From Nitrososphaera viennensis EN76 (GTDB taxonomy: Archaea; Thermoproteota; Nitrososphaeria; Nitrososphaerales; Nitrososphaeraceae): DNA of 32,000 bases. The notes beneath the pieces are model-generated. The model was not told where the DNA came from. It worked only from the letters and a program-made list of their open reading frames with translations, and searched no databases. The stretch is taken from the NCBI RefSeq assembly GCF_000698785.1, contig NZ_CP007536.1:990001-1022000 (forward strand), written 5' to 3'. This document shows positions 1-7,600 of this stretch, piece after piece. The number at the start of each line of letters is the position of its first letter. Positions within the stretch are counted from its first letter, which is position 1. Both the position numbers and the translations under genes were made by a program.

Positions 1-570
1 TGACTGGACGTCAAAGCTCGACACGTCGTTGCCGTCTATTGCCATGCCCATTATCGACCACGAAAACACGCTCAGCTTCTCCGACAGCGAGACGCCGTTA
101 GTGTTGGCAAGCCAGTGCGTCATCACGGTCGCGGCAAAGTTGCCGCTGTCGACGCTTACCCTCCTGTCGTGCGACTTGGCAGTCTTTAGCATCTCGGCGG
201 CAAGCCTTGCGGCGTCCTTGGCTTCAAACGACTCGGCGTTTTTGTCGTAAATCCCGCCGACGCGGCTTACCTTTGACTTTGCTGGAAGGGAGTTGAGCTT
301 GTCACGTGGGCTCACGCGCGCTATCTTGACTGCCGAGTACACCGCGCCCCTGACTTTTTCCGGGTCGAGGCTGTTGACCGCGTAGAACCCCAGCGCGCCA
401 TTTAGAAAGACGCGGATTCCAACCGCGCTGGCCTTTTGCGTCTTGGCCTGCTTCAGGTCGTTGTTCTCGATGAACACTTCTGACTCTTTGGTGACGGCGG
501 CATAGATCTCGGCGTCGCTTGCGCCGTGGGCCTCTGCCTCCCGGAGGGCGAGGCGAAGCAGGCTCTCCAT
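1..570 (-). CDS. pmbA: PmbA/TldE-family metalloprotease partner of TldD (N-terminal 190 codons; 3' end runs off the left edge)
   Basis: Edge-truncated, so absent from the ORF track. Hand translation of the minus strand from ATG 570-568 gives MESLLRLALREAEAHGASDAEIYAAVTKESEVFIENNDLKQAKTQKASAVGIRVFLNGALGFYAVNSL..., open to position 1, a typical PmbA N-terminus. It starts 2 nt after the tldD stop (573-575). Confidence 0.8.
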   Translation of the reverse strand, partial: MESLLRLALREAEAHGASDAEIYAAVTKESEVFIENNDLKQAKTQKASAVGIRVFLNGALGFYAVNSLDPEKVRGAVYSAVKIARVSPRDKLNSLPAKSKVSRVGGIYDKNAESFEAKDAARLAAEMLKTAKSHDRRVSVDSGNFAATVMTHWLANTNGVSLSEKLSVFSWSIMGMAIDGNDVSSFDVQS

Positions 571-572
571 CC

Positions 573-2006
573 CTACTGCATGCCTCCTATTATTGCGGTG
601 CACCGGACGTGCGGGCCCCCGCCGTCGACCTTGGCCGGCTGGTACTTGCCGCAGTAGCCGGTGCCAATGTCGTACTCGAACTTGCTTCCGACCATGTCTA
701 TCGACTGCAATACGTCAAACGCGTTGCCCGAGATGCTTGCGCCCCTCATCAGCTCCTTTATTTCGCCGTTTTCAATAAGGTGCGCTTCCTGCGCGCCAAA
801 CATGAATTCGCCGTTTGCGTCTGCCTGGCCGTTTCTTGCCCCCTTGACGAGATAGCCGTGCCTTGTCTCTTTTACCATCTCGTCAAGCGTGTCGCCACGC
901 GGCTCGATGTACGTGTTTCTCATACGTATCAGGGGCTCGTCGCTGTAGGTAAACGCGCGTGCGTTGCCGGTCGATGCGGTCCCAAATGCAAACGCAGACT
1001 CGCGGTTGTGCAGGAACGACTTCAGGACGCCCTTTTCGATTATCGCTGTCCTGCCGGCCTCGACTCCCTCGTCGTCGACTCCGATGGTGCCGGCGGCGTT
1101 TTCTGCAATATCAGACCTGCCGCTGTCCACAAGCGTGACAAGGTCGCTTGCCACCTTCTGGCCCAGCCTGTCCTTGACGACAGATCCGGAAAGGACGAAA
1201 TCCGCCTCGACCGTGTGGCCGACTGCCTCGTGGCACAGGAGCCCGACCATACCGGGGTCCAGGATTATCGTCGTCTTTTCGCCTGTCGCGTATTTTGCCT
1301 GGAGGAGTTTGGCCGCCTTTTCTGCTGCCGTCTGCGCGTATTCAAGGTGGCTTTTCTTGAACAGGTCATCCCAGCCGCCCGTTATGCCGATGCCCTCGTT
1401 TGCGGTGACGCTCTGGGCGCCGTCCCTTGCCACCGCGGTGACGTTGAACTCGGGCTTTGAATCAAATATCTCCACTTCTGCGCCGGCGCTGTTTGCGATC
1501 ACCTTGTGGTCCAGTATATCGCGGTAGGCGGCTGACGCAGTCTTGATCACTTTGGCGTGCTTGCGCGCTGCCACCTCGGCCTCCCTTGCGACCCTGACCT
1601 TTTGCTCGATGTCAATCCCCGCAAGGTCGCCTTTTGCCTTTGCCACAAACGTCCCTTTTGCCATCTTTGACTCTGCGAGGCCCTTGACCTTGTTCTTTTT
1701 CGACCTGCCAAGGACGCGGGCCATCGAGACTGCCTGTACAAGCGACTCTTTAAGGTCGCCCTTTGACATGCTTGCAGTGCTTGAAAAGCCCCAGCAGCCG
1801 TCCACCAGGACCCTGATGCCGCAGCCGGCGCTTTCGACCATGCGCACCCGCTCCAGCCGGCCGTTTGCAAAGTTGACTTCAGAGAACGACCGGGCCTGGT
1901 AGCGCGCCTCGACATAGCTTGTGCCCCTTGACGATGACGACGATATGAGCGACCGGAGCATGTCGAGCACTGCCTGCTGTTGCAACAACGACGACGATGA
2001 CGACAC
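573..2006 (-). CDS. tldD: TldD-family zinc metalloprotease
   Basis: 477-aa ORF with the HEAVGH zinc motif (LLCHEAVGHTVEADF) and the C-terminal GxC..K...DGGGP pattern typical of TldD. GTG start at 2006; an alternative ATG at 1961 (MLRSLISS...) is possible. Confidence 0.9.
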   Translation of the reverse strand: MSSSSSLLQQQAVLDMLRSLISSSSSRGTSYVEARYQARSFSEVNFANGRLERVRMVESAGCGIRVLVDGCWGFSSTASMSKGDLKESLVQAVSMARVLGRSKKNKVKGLAESKMAKGTFVAKAKGDLAGIDIEQKVRVAREAEVAARKHAKVIKTASAAYRDILDHKVIANSAGAEVEIFDSKPEFNVTAVARDGAQSVTANEGIGITGGWDDLFKKSHLEYAQTAAEKAAKLLQAKYATGEKTTIILDPGMVGLLCHEAVGHTVEADFVLSGSVVKDRLGQKVASDLVTLVDSGRSDIAENAAGTIGVDDEGVEAGRTAIIEKGVLKSFLHNRESAFAFGTASTGNARAFTYSDEPLIRMRNTYIEPRGDTLDEMVKETRHGYLVKGARNGQADANGEFMFGAQEAHLIENGEIKELMRGASISGNAFDVLQSIDMVGSKFEYDIGTGYCGKYQPAKVDGGGPHVRCTAIIGGMQ

Positions 2007-2050
2007 ACAACCGTGATGTGTTTCTGTAAATTATGTCTTGTGACGGCGGG

Positions 2051-2096
2051 GTGCATGTATGTATGCATGTATGTATGCATGTATGCATGCATGTAT
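2051..2096. repeat. 46-bp perfectly alternating purine/pyrimidine microsatellite built from GCATGTAT units
   Basis: Sequence gtgcatgtatgtatgcatgtatgtatgcatgtatgcatgcatgtat. GCATGTAT occurs four times, separated by GTAT, GTAT and GCAT. It lies in the spacer between divergent tldD and the sugar dehydrogenase. Confidence 0.9.
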
Positions 2097-2141
2097 CCTT
2101 GCTCCATATCTCATTTATTTGATAATTGCAGATAACCTGCG

Positions 2142-3479
2142 TTGAAGAAAAGGGCGTTTCTGGCACTGTCTATAGCGGGAGCTCTAGCTGTTGCTGTTGC
2201 AGGCATCCTCACCACGGTTGCGCTCGTGCCCGACGTGGCCCTTCCCTTCAAGACGGGCGGCACTGCGGAGGTTGAAAGCGGCAAGCCGGCGCTGCGCGAC
2301 GGCGCGCTTTTCCTTGAGCAGGTTGCAGAGGGGCTGCAGTTTCCCACGAGCATGGCGTTTCTGGACGCAAACAACATACTGGTACTCCAGAAAAATGATG
2401 GCCAGGTCCGGCTCGTTTCAGGCGGCGAGCTTGTCGAGCAGCCGGTCCTGCAGGTCGCCGTGGAGAACAAGATAGAGCGGGGGCTTCTCGGCATAGCCGT
2501 GTGGAACGGCAGCAGCGCCACCAGCAACGAGGTGTTTCTCTACCTTACGGAAAACGTGACTGGCGACGGAGGAAACGCTGTCGCCATGAACAGGATCTAC
2601 AAATACAATTACGACTGGGACCAGAGGGCCCTCGTCAACGGCACCCTCCTTCTCGACCTGGCGGGCGGGCCCGGGCCCTACCACAACGGCGGCAAGATCA
2701 TAATCGGCCCCGACGGCTACCTTTATGCAGTCATCGGGGACACAAACGACAGCCGGGGAATATCAGACAATGATTTTTCTGACGAGCCGCCGGACTTTAG
2801 GTCTGTCATAGTGCGCGTCGACAGGGAAACCGGGGAGGCCCCAGGCGACAACCCGTTCTACGGGACAGAAGGGCTGGAAAAAGCCTACGCGTACGGCATA
2901 AGGAACAGCTTTGGGATGGACTTTGACCCCGTCACAAACAGCCTGTGGATGACTGAAAACGGCCCGACCTCGTACGACGAGATAAACGTGGTGCCGCCGG
3001 GGTTCAACAGCGGATGGGACAAGTTCACGGGCCCGATTGCCAGGAGCAACGCCACGATGGACGACCTTGTCATGGTCAAAGGCGCAAGATACGGCGATCC
3101 GGCCTTTAGCTGGTACATCCCTGTCGGCGTGACGGACATCGAGTTTTTCGACTCGGAGAAACTGGGCGAGAAATACAGGGACAACATCTTTGTAGGAGAC
3201 GTCAACAACGGAAACCTCTATTTCTTTGAAGCAGACCAGAACAGGACGGGGCTTTACTTCGGCTACGAGCATCCCGGGCTTGCAGACCTCATCGCAGACC
3301 CTGTCCCGGACAAGGACACGGGCAGGCTTGACGGCGAGCTTCCCTCGATAACCTTTGGCAAGGGATTTGCGGCGATAACAGACATCGAGACGGGCCCCGA
3401 CGGCTACCTGTACGTGCTGACGCACATTGACGGCAAGATATACAGGATAACGGCAGCAGGCGCCGCAGGGCAGCAGTAG
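2142..3479 (+). CDS. PQQ-dependent sugar (glucose/sorbosone) dehydrogenase-like beta-propeller protein with an N-terminal membrane anchor or signal
   Basis: 445-aa ORF with TTG start. Hydrophobic N-terminus (FLALSIAGALAVAVAGILTTVAL). Family motifs GLLGIAV, YHNGGKIIIGPDGYLYAVIGDT, YAYGIRNSFGMDFDP..LWMTENGP..YDEINVV.PGFNSGW. Confidence 0.8.
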   Translation: MKKRAFLALSIAGALAVAVAGILTTVALVPDVALPFKTGGTAEVESGKPALRDGALFLEQVAEGLQFPTSMAFLDANNILVLQKNDGQVRLVSGGELVEQPVLQVAVENKIERGLLGIAVWNGSSATSNEVFLYLTENVTGDGGNAVAMNRIYKYNYDWDQRALVNGTLLLDLAGGPGPYHNGGKIIIGPDGYLYAVIGDTNDSRGISDNDFSDEPPDFRSVIVRVDRETGEAPGDNPFYGTEGLEKAYAYGIRNSFGMDFDPVTNSLWMTENGPTSYDEINVVPPGFNSGWDKFTGPIARSNATMDDLVMVKGARYGDPAFSWYIPVGVTDIEFFDSEKLGEKYRDNIFVGDVNNGNLYFFEADQNRTGLYFGYEHPGLADLIADPVPDKDTGRLDGELPSITFGKGFAAITDIETGPDGYLYVLTHIDGKIYRITAAGAAGQQ

Positions 3480-3481
3480 GC

Positions 3482-3886
3482 TTACTCAAGCCAGGTTGTC
3501 TTGCCAGGCTTTTTGACCTGTATGTGCGCAAAATCCTCGCCCTTTTGCGCTCCGTGCCAGTGCCACGCGTACGCCGGCACGCACACAAAGTCGCCTTCTT
3601 CGAGATGGTGCACCTCGTCCAGCCGTACCCGGGCGACGTTGTCATTTTCCATTTCCACCTTTGTCTGCAGCGCCACGATGCCCTTGCCCTTTGTTGCGAT
3701 CAGGATCTGGTCGGTCTCGTGGTAGTGCAGTTTCGTGCGCGCGCCGCGTAAAAACGTCACCAGGTACGCCTCGGCCTCCTTGCTCGTGGCGTCTGTCACC
3801 ATCTTTTTTATCTCGACCTGTCCTTCAAAGTACTTTAGCATCGCCTGGTCGGGCGCAATGTCGCGGATGTTTCCCTTTAGCATCAT
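3482..3886 (-). CDS. Cupin-domain protein
   Basis: 134-aa ORF with two cupin-like motifs (TKLHYHETDQILIATKGKG and GDFVCVPAYAWHWHGA). Confidence 0.7.
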   Translation of the reverse strand: MMLKGNIRDIAPDQAMLKYFEGQVEIKKMVTDATSKEAEAYLVTFLRGARTKLHYHETDQILIATKGKGIVALQTKVEMENDNVARVRLDEVHHLEEGDFVCVPAYAWHWHGAQKGEDFAHIQVKKPGKTTWLE

Positions 3887-3917
3887 TATTATCGCATAAC
3901 TGAAAAAGGATGAGCAG

Positions 3918-4616
3918 TTAAATGTCTACGGATTGGCCGTTTCTATAGCGGCGCGTGTCAAAGATCATTTCTGCTATCTTTTCAGCAACCTGCTCCGGCT
4001 TGAGCATCCTAGACCTGTTTTCCCGGTAATACACAGGGTCTGACTCTTGCATGCGGGTGTCGACCTCTCCAGGGCAGATGGCCATGACTCGGATGCTTCC
4101 TTGCACCTCCCACGACAGGCTTTCTGCCAGGCCCATCATTCCAAACTTGCTTGCGCAGTACGCCGAGAGGTTCTCAAAGCCGGTCTTGCCGGCGCCAGAG
4201 CTGACGTTGATTATTGTGCCAGTCTTGGTCAAATGCGGCAGGACTGCCTTTGAGCAGAGGAATGCGCTTTTCAGGTTAGAATTCATCGTGTCGTCCCACT
4301 CTTTTTCAGAGGTGTCGACAAGTTTTTTGGCGTAAAATATGCCGGCGTTATTTACCAATATGTCGATTTGGCCAAAGCGCGCGACTGCCTTTTTCACAAG
4401 CGCATCGACCTGCGACGCGACCCCGACGTCGCAAACGACGCCCAGAACGCCGTCATGGAATAATTTTCTTGCTTCATCAACGGTGCTGTCGACCTCGCTT
4501 TTTGTCCGCGAGCATACTACGATATTGACGCCCTTTTTTGCAAGCAGTAATGCGGTAGCCTTGCCAATGCCGCGCCCGCTTCCAGTCACTATGGCTGTCC
4601 TTGCCATCAGAGACAT
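3918..4616 (-). CDS. Short-chain dehydrogenase/reductase (classical SDR, FabG-like)
   Basis: TGSGRGIG cofactor motif, NNAG, and S...YxxxK (SSGAGKTG..LSAYCASK). The track ORF extends to 4682, but the family N-terminus fits MSLMARTAIVTGS (ATG 4616) or MARTAIVTGS (ATG 4607). Confidence 0.85.
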   Translation of the reverse strand: MSLMARTAIVTGSGRGIGKATALLLAKKGVNIVVCSRTKSEVDSTVDEARKLFHDGVLGVVCDVGVASQVDALVKKAVARFGQIDILVNNAGIFYAKKLVDTSEKEWDDTMNSNLKSAFLCSKAVLPHLTKTGTIINVSSGAGKTGFENLSAYCASKFGMMGLAESLSWEVQGSIRVMAICPGEVDTRMQESDPVYYRENRSRMLKPEQVAEKIAEMIFDTRRYRNGQSVDI

Positions 4617-4632
4617 CTGCAGCAGCCTGCGC

Positions 4633-4761
4633 CTAAAATGTGTTAGAGTGGACGACGGCGTGCCAGCAACAACACTTGGCAAGCGTGCAGTTTGGGCAGT
4701 CAGCGTCTGACTTGGCTTGGGCGCACTCTTTTGGATCGCACCCGCAATCCGCGCATCTCAT
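4633..4761 (-). CDS. Candidate 42-aa cysteine-rich micro-protein (9 Cys), possibly metal-binding
   Basis: Hand translation gives MRCADCGCDPKECAQAKSDADCPNCTLAKCCCWHAVVHSNTF*. A longer form MRNEYSM... starts at 4779. A TATA-like element sits ~30 nt upstream of ATG 4761, and the stop is 17 nt upstream of the SDR ATG. The track shows it only as part of a 67-aa ORF (4633..4836). Confidence 0.35.
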   Translation of the reverse strand: MRCADCGCDPKECAQAKSDADCPNCTLAKCCCWHAVVHSNTF

Positions 4762-4786
4762 TGAATATTCATTACGCATAGACGCA

Positions 4787-4795
4787 GATAAAAAG
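4787..4795 (-). promoter_or_regulatory. TATA-like box (minus strand TTTTTATCT) for the Cys-rich micro-ORF / SDR transcript
   Basis: Centred ~30 nt upstream of ATG 4761, matching the archaeal TATA-to-start spacing of leaderless mRNAs. Confidence 0.4.
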
Positions 4796-4836
4796 GATCT
4801 ACAGTTATATCCCCTGCACAAAAACACCAACTGCAT

Positions 4837-5847
4837 ATGCAGCTAATACCGGCCACGCCGGCCCCCGAGTTCAGGGAAATCTCGGGATGGGCCAATTCAG
4901 ATCCACTTTCAATAAAGTCGCTGAAGGGCAAGGTCGTCATACTTGACTGCTGGACCTACACCTGCATTTTCTGCCTGCGCACCATACCCACTTTAAAGCG
5001 GCTGCAGGAAAAGTACGGCAAGCACGGCCTTCAGGTGGTGCAGGCGCATTCTGCGGAATACCACTTTGCGACTGACCACGCCAACATTTCAAGGGCTCTT
5101 GCCCGCTACAATGTCAGAACCCTGCCTGTGGCATTTGACACCAAGAACAAGACGTGGGAGGCGTACGGCAACATGTACTGGCCAAAGCACGTGATAATCG
5201 ACCACGCGGGGTTTGTGCGCTACGAGCACGCTGGCTATGGCGACATTACAGAGTTTGAGCCGGTGATTGCAGAATTGCTGGAAGAGGCTGGAAATAAACC
5301 ATCATCATCAGTAGACTATGACGACAAGAACCCGGACGACGAGATTTTCGACACCTACGGCATGCATTTTGCAGGAATGGCGCCAGAGATATGCGTCGGC
5401 TATTCCCGCATGCGGCGCTTTGGCAACAACCAGACGTTCAGGCCGGACGAGCCAAGCGTCGCGGTGGACCCCGGCACGCACTTTGACAACGTTGTTTACC
5501 TGCGCGGGAAATGGGTCTGGCAGCGCGAAGGCGTGCAGTTTGCGCCTGGAGGCAAGGAGACAAAGCCGGCGGTAATCATGAAGTACAATTCTGCCAAGAG
5601 GGTGCACGGCATCATGGGCACGTCAGACGGCAGGCCGGGCAGGGCAGAAGTAAGGCTGGACGGCAATTCGCTTACAAAAGGGCAGCTGGGCAGGGACGCA
5701 AAACTTGAAGAAAACGGTGCAAGCGTCGTCGACATCGAATGGCCCTTTATGCACAACCTCGTCAGGACAGAGAAACCTGAGGTGCACGAGATAGAGATCA
5801 TACCGCGCTCTGACAATTTCGTGTTCTACACGTTTGTCTTTGGGTAA
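4837..5847 (+). CDS. Thioredoxin-fold thiol:disulfide oxidoreductase (TlpA/AhpC-TSA-like N-domain, CxxC = CIFC) with a ~190-aa C-terminal beta-rich domain resembling the DipZ C-terminal region
   Basis: 336-aa ORF. LKGKVVILDCWTYTCIFCLRTIPTLKRL..KYG is a redoxin motif. No signal peptide. A TATA-like gttatatc lies at 4804-4811, ~30 nt upstream of the ATG. Confidence 0.75.
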   Translation: MQLIPATPAPEFREISGWANSDPLSIKSLKGKVVILDCWTYTCIFCLRTIPTLKRLQEKYGKHGLQVVQAHSAEYHFATDHANISRALARYNVRTLPVAFDTKNKTWEAYGNMYWPKHVIIDHAGFVRYEHAGYGDITEFEPVIAELLEEAGNKPSSSVDYDDKNPDDEIFDTYGMHFAGMAPEICVGYSRMRRFGNNQTFRPDEPSVAVDPGTHFDNVVYLRGKWVWQREGVQFAPGGKETKPAVIMKYNSAKRVHGIMGTSDGRPGRAEVRLDGNSLTKGQLGRDAKLEENGASVVDIEWPFMHNLVRTEKPEVHEIEIIPRSDNFVFYTFVFG

Positions 5848-5883
5848 GTAAGTTTTTTATCGGCGGCAAGTGCTTGTTCCGGC

Positions 5884-6357
5884 ATGTCAGAGCTAGCAGA
5901 AGGGAGCGTGGCGCCAGACTTTACCATGCGCGATTCAAATGACAGAATCTTCAAGCTGTCGGACCTGAAGGGCAAAAAGAGCGCGGCAGTCTACTTTTAC
6001 CCGAGGGACTTTACCCCCGGCTGCACGACAGAGGCTGCCGAGTTTACCCGCGACTACAAGAAATTCCAGGACGCCGGCATCGAGATAATAGGCATCAGCC
6101 CCGACACGGAAGACTCGCACGACAAGTTCCGCGAGAAAATGGGCATACCCTACCCGCTTGTTTCGGACCCGGAAAAAGAGGTCGCAAAAAGCTATGGCGT
6201 GTACGGGAAAAAGACCTTCATGGGCCGCGAGTTCATGGGCGTCATCCGGTCGACGTTCCTTGTAGACAAGTCCGGCAAGGTGGTCAAGGTGTTTGGCAAG
6301 GTCAAGCCGGCAGGCCACAGCAAAGAAGTGCTAGAGTCATTTAGTGTCGGCAGCTGA
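5884..6357 (+). CDS. bcp: Peroxiredoxin, BCP/PrxQ type
   Basis: 157-aa ORF. APDFTM.D...KLSDLKGKK.AVYFYPRDFTPGCTTEA is the canonical Bcp active-site region (peroxidatic Cys in TPGCT). Confidence 0.9.
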   Translation: MSELAEGSVAPDFTMRDSNDRIFKLSDLKGKKSAAVYFYPRDFTPGCTTEAAEFTRDYKKFQDAGIEIIGISPDTEDSHDKFREKMGIPYPLVSDPEKEVAKSYGVYGKKTFMGREFMGVIRSTFLVDKSGKVVKVFGKVKPAGHSKEVLESFSVGS

Positions 6358-6762
6358 CTCGACAAGCTCTGACAGGTGCTCCAGAATCCTGATGTGGTGC
6401 TCCTCGTCGACGCTTATGCTCTTTAAAAGCGCCGCCGTTTCCGGGTCGTCGGCCATTTCCGCGCATTTCAAGAGCGCGTCGTGCGACTCGCGCTCGTCGG
6501 CAATGGATTCCTGGATTCCCTTCTTGGTCAGGGACGCGCTTCCGGTGGCACCTTCAATGTCGGCCATTATGCGCGAGATGTATTCAATGTGGCGCAGGCC
6601 GTCTGACAGGAGGGAATGCAGGTAGCTGCGCACAAGGTTGTTCTCCACAGTCGTCAGCACGGACATGTAGTGCATGAGCTCCTTGACCTCTGCCTCGTGC
6701 TGCGCCTTTAGGAGCGAGTACAGCTTTTGCTTCTTCTCAAGCTGCTTGAGCCGGGGGTCCAT
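6337..6762 (-). CDS. Ferritin-like / rubrerythrin-like four-helix-bundle protein (141 aa)
   Basis: MDPRLKQLEKK... with repeated E/H-rich helices (ENNLVRSYLH, DERESHDALL, VDEEHHIRILEH). Start ATG at 6762. The 279-aa track ORF (6337..7176) is a read-through artefact crossing a tRNA. Overlaps the bcp 3' end by 21 nt (convergent). Confidence 0.55.
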   Translation of the reverse strand: MDPRLKQLEKKQKLYSLLKAQHEAEVKELMHYMSVLTTVENNLVRSYLHSLLSDGLRHIEYISRIMADIEGATGSASLTKKGIQESIADERESHDALLKCAEMADDPETAALLKSISVDEEHHIRILEHLSELVESAADTK

Positions 6763-6808
6763 TGGCAGATTTTTACATGCAGAACTGCAATAAAAGAGTG
6801 TGTTTAGG

Positions 6809-6816
6809 TTTAAATA
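6809..6816 (+). promoter_or_regulatory. TATA box (TTTAAATA) for the micro-ORF at 6841
   Basis: Centred 28 nt upstream of the TTG at 6841. Confidence 0.4.
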
Positions 6817-6840
6817 ACTTGGACGGGACTGGGATAGCGG

Positions 6841-6984
6841 TTGTCGTCGTCCGAGCCCACCGCCACTGCCGCAGCGTGTACGTGCCCCTGCCACAAAAAA
6901 TACGGCGACAGGTCGTACTGCAACAAGTGCATAGACCACCACAAGACGTCGCCTCACTATCAGGTACTCAAGAAATTCGAGTAG
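6841..6984 (+). CDS. Candidate 47-aa Cys/His-rich (zinc-binding-like) micro-protein
   Basis: Below the track size cutoff. Hand translation gives (TTG)SSSEPTATAAACTCPCHKKYGDRSYCNKCIDHHKTSPHYQVLKKFE*. An in-frame TAG lies at 6835-6837. GC-rich third positions resemble neighbouring genes. TATA upstream and oligo-T tracts downstream. Confidence 0.4.
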   Translation: MSSSEPTATAAACTCPCHKKYGDRSYCNKCIDHHKTSPHYQVLKKFE

Positions 6985-6991
6985 CGACAGA

Positions 6992-7010
6992 TTTTTTCGT
7001 GCACATTTTT
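6992..7010 (+). terminator. Oligo-T tracts (T6 at 6993-6998, T5 at 7006-7010), archaeal-type terminator candidates
   Basis: gattttttcgtgcacatttttcc lies immediately after the micro-ORF stop at 6984. Confidence 0.35.
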
Positions 7011-7068
7011 CCTTTGGCCCCAGAAGAAGAACACAGTGTGTACTGCCGCTTGAAAATAATATAATTAA

Positions 7069-7156
7069 TGGTGCGGGAGATGGGATTTGAACCCACGAAC
7101 CCCTTCGGGATAAGAGCCTCAGTCTTACGCCTTTGGCCAAGCTGGGCGACTCCCGC
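7069..7156 (-). tRNA. tRNA-Leu (anticodon GAG), type II with long variable arm, CCA encoded
   Basis: The reverse complement GCGGGAGTCGCCCAGCTTGGCCAAAGGCGTAAGACTGAGGCTCTTATCCCGAAGGGGTTCGTGGGTTCAAATCCCATCTCCCGCACCA folds by hand. Acceptor GCGGGAG/CTCCCGC; anticodon stem TAAGA/TCTTA with loop CTGAGGC; variable arm CCCGAAGGGG; T-arm GTGGG-TTCAAAT-CCCAT. Confidence 0.9.
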
Positions 7157-7291
7157 TCCAACCTACACGCTTTCACTCGCTAATTTGAATATTTTCATTG
7201 CCGCGTACACAATGGTGATGTACAGAAACTCGGATGTTTGTGCCTTGCAAAAAGAACAAAAAAGCTGCCAGAACGCCTGCTTCTACAATGG

Positions 7292-7301
7292 TTTTTATAA
7301 G
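7292..7301 (+). promoter_or_regulatory. TATA box (TTTTTATAAG) for rpoN
   Basis: Centred ~28 nt upstream of ATG 7325, consistent with a leaderless or short-leader transcript. Confidence 0.45.
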
Positions 7302-7324
7302 ACTCGATCCAAACAACAGAGCGC

Positions 7325-7561
7325 ATGCTTGTTCCGGTGCGCTGCTTCACCTGCGGCGGTCTTATTGCTGACAAGTACGGCGAGTATTCAAACAGGGTCA
7401 AGGCTGGAGAGGACCCGGCAAAGGTGATGGACTCGCTTGGAGTCAAGCGTTACTGTTGCAGGCGCATGTTCATCTCGACCGTCGAGACAATATACCAGAT
7501 CATCCCCTACTACGAGGCGCTCAGGCGCAGGATGTCCGAAGTCCAGACGGAAATTGAATAG
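7325..7561 (+). CDS. rpoN: DNA-directed RNA polymerase subunit N (Rpo10/Rpb10)
   Basis: [19 protein letters not shown].......G.......LG..RYCCRRM is the canonical RpoN zinc-binding N-terminus and CC motif. Confidence 0.9.
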   Translation: MLVPVRCFTCGGLIADKYGEYSNRVKAGEDPAKVMDSLGVKRYCCRRMFISTVETIYQIIPYYEALRRRMSEVQTEIE

Positions 7562-7600
7562 TAGAATAAATAAATAACGACTTGCGTCAGTTTTCCCTCG

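Noticed and set aside
519-1460. 313-aa plus-strand ORF, with nested ORFs at 593..778, 661..855, 964..1527 and 1543..1902
   Set aside because: These are antisense shadow ORFs inside tldD. The product is Arg/Ala/Pro/Cys-rich with no motifs, while the minus strand carries a clear TldD with HEAVGH. Long antisense ORFs are expected at this GC content.
6337-7176. 279-aa minus-strand ORF
   Set aside because: It is a composite: it reads through the tRNA-Leu gene (7069-7156) and a promoter-containing spacer. Only the last 141 codons, from ATG 6762, look like a real ferritin-like protein.
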